A stretch of 22,784 nt of DNA, filler included, from an uncultured delta proteobacterium (GTDB lineage Bacteria; Desulfobacterota; Desulfobacteria; Desulfobacterales; SG8-13): the NCBI GenBank assembly GCA_963848135.1. It is 2 parts of 2 records of this genome, joined end to end, with 100 filler letters (N's around TTAATTAATTAA, not from the genome) between each part and the next. Parts side by side here need not be neighbours in the genome. Positions count along the whole stretch, not along the records: positions 9,848 to 22,784 come from CAWKCK010000018.1; 1 more part is not named here. The stretch is one strand, 5' to 3'. Of this stretch, positions 18,048-22,784 are shown piece by piece. Numbering within the stretch: the stretch's first letter is position 1; every line of letters begins with the position of its first letter. The position numbers and the translations under genes are program-made. A model generated the notes under the pieces. The model was not told where the DNA came from and did not search any database. It worked only from the letters and a program-made list of their open reading frames with translations.

Positions 18048-18144
18048 ATACATACGCCCATGTATGCTGCGTTTTTTCTTCGATCCACGTCTTGCACTTG
18101 GGCGTGAACTAAGGTTTTGAAACCACTTGGAAGATGATTGCAGT

Positions 18145-19566
18145 TCAAGCGGATTGCTTTAGCGGGATCACCTTCTCAGTCTCGCATGGGGTGGGTCCCA
18201 TCGCCATCGCGCCGACCGCAAGGTAGGTATAATTCCGGGATATCAAATCCTCGAAATCCGGTATCATCCGCCGGCCATCCATTACCAAGTAGGGGGGCTT
18301 TACCAGCGTTTCAACTGTGCGGGATAATCCCCGGAACTCTTCACAGTCGGATGATATGAACAGGGCATCGGAACCTTCGATGGCTTCCTTGGCACTGTCA
18401 AAATAGGCGATTTTTTCGAAAAGAATGTTCTTGGAGGGATCGAAAACCGCCTGGGCGGCATCGTTAGCCAATGGATCGTAGGCCTGTATTCGAGCAGCAC
18501 CTTTGCCGAGTAATGACTCAACCACCTTGATGGAAGAAGCATCGCGCATGTCGTTGGTGTGCTTTTTGAAGGCCAGCCCGAGAACCGTGATGGTTTTGTT
18601 GTTGAATTTGAACCCGGCTTCGGTGATGGCCCGGTCGACAAGATACACTTTCTGAAATTCGTTCACCTCGTATGACGCTTCCAGCATTTTGGTACTGACA
18701 TTCACCCTGCGAAGCTGATTTATCAACGAGGCGATGTCTTTACCGAAGCAGCTACCACCGGCCCCGTTGCTGACGAAAGACCCCCAGGTGCTGATGCGCT
18801 CATCGGAGGTCACGCCCAATCTCAAATCATCGATGACAATATTGGGAAATTTTTCCCCGATCTTTGCGCCCACTCCGTTCCAGAAGGAAATATAGGTCAG
18901 CAGCATGGTATTGGCCACATATTTAATGGCCTCGGCGGTTTCTGGTGTGGTTTCTATGTATTTAATGCGTACATGGTTAACGAATTGGGAGTAAACCCGG
19001 CTCAGAATATTAAAATCCTGTTGATCGTCGCAGCCGACTACAACCCGGTCCGGTCGGCGGGCCTGCATAACGGCTGTGCCCTCCGCCAGAAACTCCGGAT
19101 TCGATGACACACCAAAATTTTTAACCCGGTGGGAAACCATGATCTGTTCGAGGTGACGCGCGGTTCCAATCGGAACCGTACTTTTGTTGATGATGACCAC
19201 GCGACGTTTATCTTTGCGTTTTTCCAGGAGTTCGGCAAGGTGCTCGGCGGCAGCATCATAAAATGTGAGGTTGGTGGAACCGTCTAAGTTCGGCGGGGTT
19301 GGCAAGCACATGAAAACGGCATCCGTCCCCTCGATGATCGACGCCAGATCGGACGAAAAGAAAAGGTATCGGTCTATGGTTTCCCGAATGACGTTCACCA
19401 ACCCAGGCTCGTTGACAAACCGTTCTATTTCCTGTGGTTTTCCAGTTGCAAACGCGTTCAGTTTTTCCTGGTTGTTGTCGTAGGCATACACCTCGTGACC
19501 ATATTCAGAGCAAACGGCGGCATGCACGAGACCAACGTATCCGGTACCCAGAACAATAACTTTCAT
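18145..19566 (-). CDS. ugd: UDP-glucose/GDP-mannose dehydrogenase family, likely UDP-glucose 6-dehydrogenase
   Basis: Motifs GTGYVGL, CLPTP, KSTVPIGT, SNPEFLAEG, AEAIKYVAN, GGSCFGKD (catalytic Cys) and LGLAFKKHTNDMRDA. Confidence 0.93.
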   Translation of the reverse strand: MKVIVLGTGYVGLVHAAVCSEYGHEVYAYDNNQEKLNAFATGKPQEIERFVNEPGLVNVIRETIDRYLFFSSDLASIIEGTDAVFMCLPTPPNLDGSTNLTFYDAAAEHLAELLEKRKDKRRVVIINKSTVPIGTARHLEQIMVSHRVKNFGVSSNPEFLAEGTAVMQARRPDRVVVGCDDQQDFNILSRVYSQFVNHVRIKYIETTPETAEAIKYVANTMLLTYISFWNGVGAKIGEKFPNIVIDDLRLGVTSDERISTWGSFVSNGAGGSCFGKDIASLINQLRRVNVSTKMLEASYEVNEFQKVYLVDRAITEAGFKFNNKTITVLGLAFKKHTNDMRDASSIKVVESLLGKGAARIQAYDPLANDAAQAVFDPSKNILFEKIAYFDSAKEAIEGSDALFISSDCEEFRGLSRTVETLVKPPYLVMDGRRMIPDFEDLISRNYTYLAVGAMAMGPTPCETEKVIPLKQSA

Positions 19567-19592
19567 ATTTTCCCCTGTTCAAAAATTGGCAA

Positions 19593-20144
19593 TTAATAGA
19601 CATGGCGGGAATGTTCCCGCGGAATTTCTGGCCGAGATAGATATTCTATCATATCTTGCAGCATTTCTTCAATACCCAGCTGCTTTACCTTGCGCTGCAG
19701 GAATTCGGATATCGTGGGTTGATAGGCTTTTAATTGGGGGTACATCTTGGCTTCACTGGGCATCTGGTTGCCCTTTTTATGGTTGCATTCCCTGCATGCG
19801 GTCACGCAATTTTCAAACTCCGTCCGCCCCCCCCTGGATTTAGGGACAATGTGATCGATGGTCAACCGTCCATGAGGGCTCTGGCAGTAAGCACATTTAA
19901 ACCCGTCTCTGATCAGAACGTTTTTTTTACTGAAAGGAACCCGTGCCCGGTAAACCATTCGGATGAACTTGACAAGTTTGATTACGAGAGGCACCCTGAC
20001 AGACAGACCCTCACCGGTCATGACGGTTTTACTTGAATATCGCAGCACTTTGACCTTGTCTTTTACCAGTAGACAAACAGCCCGTTTCCAATCCACCACG
20101 TTTAGGAAAGAGTAGTCCGCGTTAAGCACGACACACTGGGCCAT
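19593..20144 (-). CDS. HNH endonuclease (McrA-like, HNH_5 type)
   Basis: AAGGAG RBS before ATG 20144. Motifs VLNADY, NVLIRDGFKCAYC, TIDHIVPKSRGG and ENCVTACRECNHKKGN. Confidence 0.92.
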   Translation of the reverse strand: MAQCVVLNADYSFLNVVDWKRAVCLLVKDKVKVLRYSSKTVMTGEGLSVRVPLVIKLVKFIRMVYRARVPFSKKNVLIRDGFKCAYCQSPHGRLTIDHIVPKSRGGRTEFENCVTACRECNHKKGNQMPSEAKMYPQLKAYQPTISEFLQRKVKQLGIEEMLQDMIEYLSRPEIPREHSRHVY

Positions 20145-20538
20145 GGCCAACTCCTTGGGTTGCTTGTAAACGATCGGGACAGCGAAAACCGCTCAGGATG
20201 CGTCATTCCGGCCGTCGAATCCGAATAGGAAATAATATAACGAATTGGAAAAATCAAACATTTTCAAAGTCAATCCGCGTCCAGCGTGGTTTTTGGCCCC
20301 GGCGAATCCCAGCATGTCTGTATAAAATCTTTTTGTGGGGTCATCTGAAAGGTTTTCATCAGGGAATCGGGTTGATCTTTTCAATTATAACCTTATGGTT
20401 TTTGAATAATTCGGGCCGTTTTTTTTAGCGATGTCTCGCCTCGACTCATATTAGATTTCTATCTGATTTAAAATTTAGATCATAGACCCCGATCGGCTTT
20501 GGTAACGTTAATCGAACCATATTCGAGGAGTGCAACTT

Positions 20539-20904
20539 ATGAAATCTATCGCGATTATGCTCATGATCCTATTCACAGCGACAGGATCTGTTTTGGCCGG
20601 TGAAGCCGACGTCCTGGAGGTTGAGGTTGTAAAAACCGGCGCAGAGTCATTCACTTTTTCAGTCACGGTGAAACACGATGATTCGGGTTGGGAACACTAT
20701 GCCGACAAATGGGAGATCATCGGGCCGGACAGGACCATTCTCGGCACCCGAACCCTCTTTCACCCCCATGTGGACGAGCAACCATTCACGCGCAGCCTGA
20801 CAAACGTATCGGTCGCTGCAACCGTAAGTCAGGTTTCTGCGAGAGGCCATTGTTCAGTTCATGGTTATGGCGGGAAAGAAACCACAGTAACACTGCCGCA
20901 TTGA
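20539..20904 (+). CDS. Secreted His-rich beta protein, hypothetical (possible desulfoferrodoxin/SOR-like fold)
   Basis: GAGGAG RBS before ATG 20539; signal peptide ending VLA. Motifs VTVKHDDSGWEHYADKW, LFHPHVDEQPFTRS and HCSVHG. Confidence 0.8.
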   Translation: MKSIAIMLMILFTATGSVLAGEADVLEVEVVKTGAESFTFSVTVKHDDSGWEHYADKWEIIGPDRTILGTRTLFHPHVDEQPFTRSLTNVSVAATVSQVSARGHCSVHGYGGKETTVTLPH

Positions 20905-20917
20905 AAGGAGCGATGAC

Positions 20918-21268
20918 ATGCTGAACCACCTGGTTTTAATGAAGTTCAAGCCCGGCGTTTCCGAATCTGATATCGACAACCTGGAAGTGGCCCTGGACGA
21001 TTTGCCCAATGTCATCGTCGAGATTCAAATGTACGAGTTCGGCCGTGATATTCTCCATACGACGCGATCTTATGATTTTGCAATTGTCTCACTTTTTGCC
21101 AACCAGGAGGCGCTGCAACGCTACCAGCAGCATCCGGCCCATTTGGCGGTGGGCAAGCGCTTGAAAGAACTCTGTGACCAGATCATTACAGTTGATTTCT
21201 TCGGAACTGATGCCGCGGATTTAAAACCCAAAACGCCGCTGGATGCGTTGCTTAAAGATGATAAATAA
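20918..21268 (+). CDS. Dabb family (stress-responsive alpha/beta barrel) protein
   Basis: MLNHLVLMKFKP...YDFAIVSLF...YQQHPAH...TVDF; AAGGAG RBS. Confidence 0.9.
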   Translation: MLNHLVLMKFKPGVSESDIDNLEVALDDLPNVIVEIQMYEFGRDILHTTRSYDFAIVSLFANQEALQRYQQHPAHLAVGKRLKELCDQIITVDFFGTDAADLKPKTPLDALLKDDK

Positions 21269-21282
21269 AAGGAGGCACAAAA

Positions 21283-22179
21283 ATGAAAGAACAGGCTGAA
21301 GCCATGGTCTTGGCATCTTTTGCGGCCGACGCGTTGGCCTTGGGGGCTCACTGGATATACGATACGGCGGTAATCGACAACGATATCGGTCGCGTGGATA
21401 ACCTGAGAAAACCACCCGAAAACTCATTCCATCGCACCAAGAAAGCCGGTGAACTCACGCACTATGGCGACCAGTCCCAAGTGCTGTTGGATTCCATTGC
21501 CGCCAACAAGGGGTTTCACATCGAGCATTTTGCCCGGAGTTGGCAGTCATTTATGGATGATTACTCAGGCTACCGTGATCACGCCACCAAGGATACATTG
21601 AAAAATATTGCGGCCGGAAAGGATCCGACAGCATCCGGATCCGGGTCGACCGAACTTGGCGGTGCGGTCAGAATTGCACCGTTGATCTTTACCCTTAGAA
21701 AAAATCGTGAACAACTATTATCCGATGCCAGAAAACAAACGGCCATGACACACAATGATCCCCTGGTTGTTGAAAGCGCCGAATACTTGGCCGATGTCGT
21801 TCTAAATGTACTCCAAGGCACAGCGCCTTCCGCGGCATTCAGGACGGCGGCCCCTACCAGACCTCGGCTGCAGAAATTAATCGATAAAGGACTGGCGACC
21901 AGCGGAAATCAGACCCGTGCAACGATCAAGGCTTTCGGTCAGACGTGCGACACTGCCGCTGCGCTGCCCGGTGTCATTCACCTATCAACGACTTACGAAA
22001 ACGACTTGAAATCAGCATTGATTGAAAATGTCATGGCGGGCGGAGATTCCGCTGCGCGGGGCATGGCGGTCGGCATGATCCTTGGGGCACACTTGGGCCG
22101 ACAGGCCATTCCTGACCAGTGGCTGAAAGATCTGAAGGCTTACAACCGAATCGTTGACCAGCTAACGGCCATTCCCTGA
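21283..22179 (+). CDS. ADP-ribosylglycohydrolase family protein (J1-crystallin/SelJ-like subgroup)
   Basis: Motifs ADALALGAHWIYD, GAVRIAPL, QTAMTHNDP, NVMAGGDSAARG and GAHLGRQAIPDQW; AAGGAGG RBS. Confidence 0.88.
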   Translation: MKEQAEAMVLASFAADALALGAHWIYDTAVIDNDIGRVDNLRKPPENSFHRTKKAGELTHYGDQSQVLLDSIAANKGFHIEHFARSWQSFMDDYSGYRDHATKDTLKNIAAGKDPTASGSGSTELGGAVRIAPLIFTLRKNREQLLSDARKQTAMTHNDPLVVESAEYLADVVLNVLQGTAPSAAFRTAAPTRPRLQKLIDKGLATSGNQTRATIKAFGQTCDTAAALPGVIHLSTTYENDLKSALIENVMAGGDSAARGMAVGMILGAHLGRQAIPDQWLKDLKAYNRIVDQLTAIP

Positions 22180-22239
22180 TCAGTACGCCGTTATGACCTT
22201 GTATAGATTGACTCAAGCCGCAGAAAAAAAACCTTCCGC

Positions 22240-22269
22240 TTGTGCATCAATGGGGCTTATTGGTACAAT
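22240..22269 (+). promoter_or_regulatory. Putative sigma70 promoter (extended -10) for the 67-aa ORF
   Basis: TTGTGC-18 bp-TACAAT with TG at the extended -10 position. Confidence 0.4.
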
Positions 22270-22325
22270 ACAGGGTAAAGGTACCTATTGTGATTACGGA
22301 TTACAATCAGCGATGAGGTGGTGAA

Positions 22326-22529
22326 ATGAAATTTGTCGTCAGGCATTTCGAAGGGGGATTTCAAGTAATGGAATCAGAAAACGGAACGAATACGCTGATC
22401 GCGTCTTTTCACAAAGAGCCCCACACACGAATCGGCAAAAAATCACTGGCGCAACGGCGGGCTGAAGAATACTGTGAATTCTTGAATCAACGTGATATAA
22501 GCGGCACGGAAGATTTCGATTTTGATTAA
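22326..22529 (+). CDS. Small hypothetical protein (67 aa)
   Basis: GAGGTG RBS, ATG start, candidate promoter upstream, natural-looking composition; fills the gap between two genes. Confidence 0.65.
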   Translation: MKFVVRHFEGGFQVMESENGTNTLIASFHKEPHTRIGKKSLAQRRAEEYCEFLNQRDISGTEDFDFD

Positions 22530-22608
22530 CATCTGGACCTTGTGCCTCTGACGCATATTTCGTCTTATTTTTCATGCACGGTTCAGATAATACTCTACCA
22601 CGATGCCA

Positions 22609-22784
22609 ATGTTGCTCAAACTCTTTCTCGCGTTTACCCTCATACCCGTCGCCGAAATCTACTTGCTGATAAAGGTCGGCAGTCAAATTGGGATCGCCAA
22701 GACTGTTGTGATTGTCATTGCCACCGGCTTTGCCGGTGCCTATTTGGCGCGCATGCAAGGATTGCAAACCATGCTGAAAGTCCG
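22609..22784 (+). CDS. fxsA: FxsA family membrane protein (5' part; runs off the window)
   Basis: Manual translation gives MLLKLFLAFTLIPVAEIYLLIKVGSQIGIAKTVVIVIATGFAGAYLARMQGLQTMLKV, matching the FxsA N-terminal pattern. Not in the ORF track because there is no stop. Confidence 0.88.
   Translation, partial: MLLKLFLAFTLIPVAEIYLLIKVGSQIGIAKTVVIVIATGFAGAYLARMQGLQTMLKV

Noticed and set aside
17621..18112. 163-aa and other short ORFs in the ugd-ileS gap
   Set aside because: No RBS or motifs, atypical composition, and they overlap the ileS promoter and hairpins.
22339..22767. 142-aa minus-strand ORF
   Set aside because: It is antisense to the fxsA start and the 67-aa ORF; a shadow frame.
1..22784. 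CRISPR arrays, tRNA/rRNA genes, transposases, integrases, reverse transcriptases
   Set aside because: No regularly spaced direct repeats, RNA-gene signatures or such protein motifs were seen by eye.

Overview
This is bacterial DNA whose gene content (rubrerythrin/PerR, ileS-lspA-lgt-holA order, long HolA) suggests an anaerobic deltaproteobacterium, probably Desulfobacterota (inference). The window is not contiguous: an artificial 100-bp linker (N44-TTAATTAATTAA-N44, 9748-9847) joins two contigs. Left contig (1-9747, all + strand) is an accessory cluster of envelope and exported proteins: a 4-TM coiled-coil protein, a DUF4185/DUF5005-like lipoprotein, an NlpE-N/COG3650/META fusion, a DUF3604 PHP-type metallohydrolase, a cysteine-free ecotin, a membrane protein, a PpiC-type foldase and a HupE/UreJ-associated chimeric protein with a His cluster. 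Right contig has, on the - strand, HNH-ugd, ileS-lspA-lgt-like-holA, a small hypothetical and perR-rubrerythrin. On the + strand it has a three-gene operon (SOR-like secreted protein, Dabb, ADP-ribosylglycohydrolase), a small ORF and the start of fxsA. holA, perR and rubrerythrin carry single-base indels that are most likely sequencing errors. The most interesting signals are (1) an intact Lgt homologue at the canonical locus with its catalytic motifs replaced, (2) the uncharacterised DUF3604-PpiC-HupE-like module with a chimeric last gene, and (3) the SOR-like/Dabb/SelJ-type hydrolase operon. All family calls come from motif recognition by eye; no searches were run.
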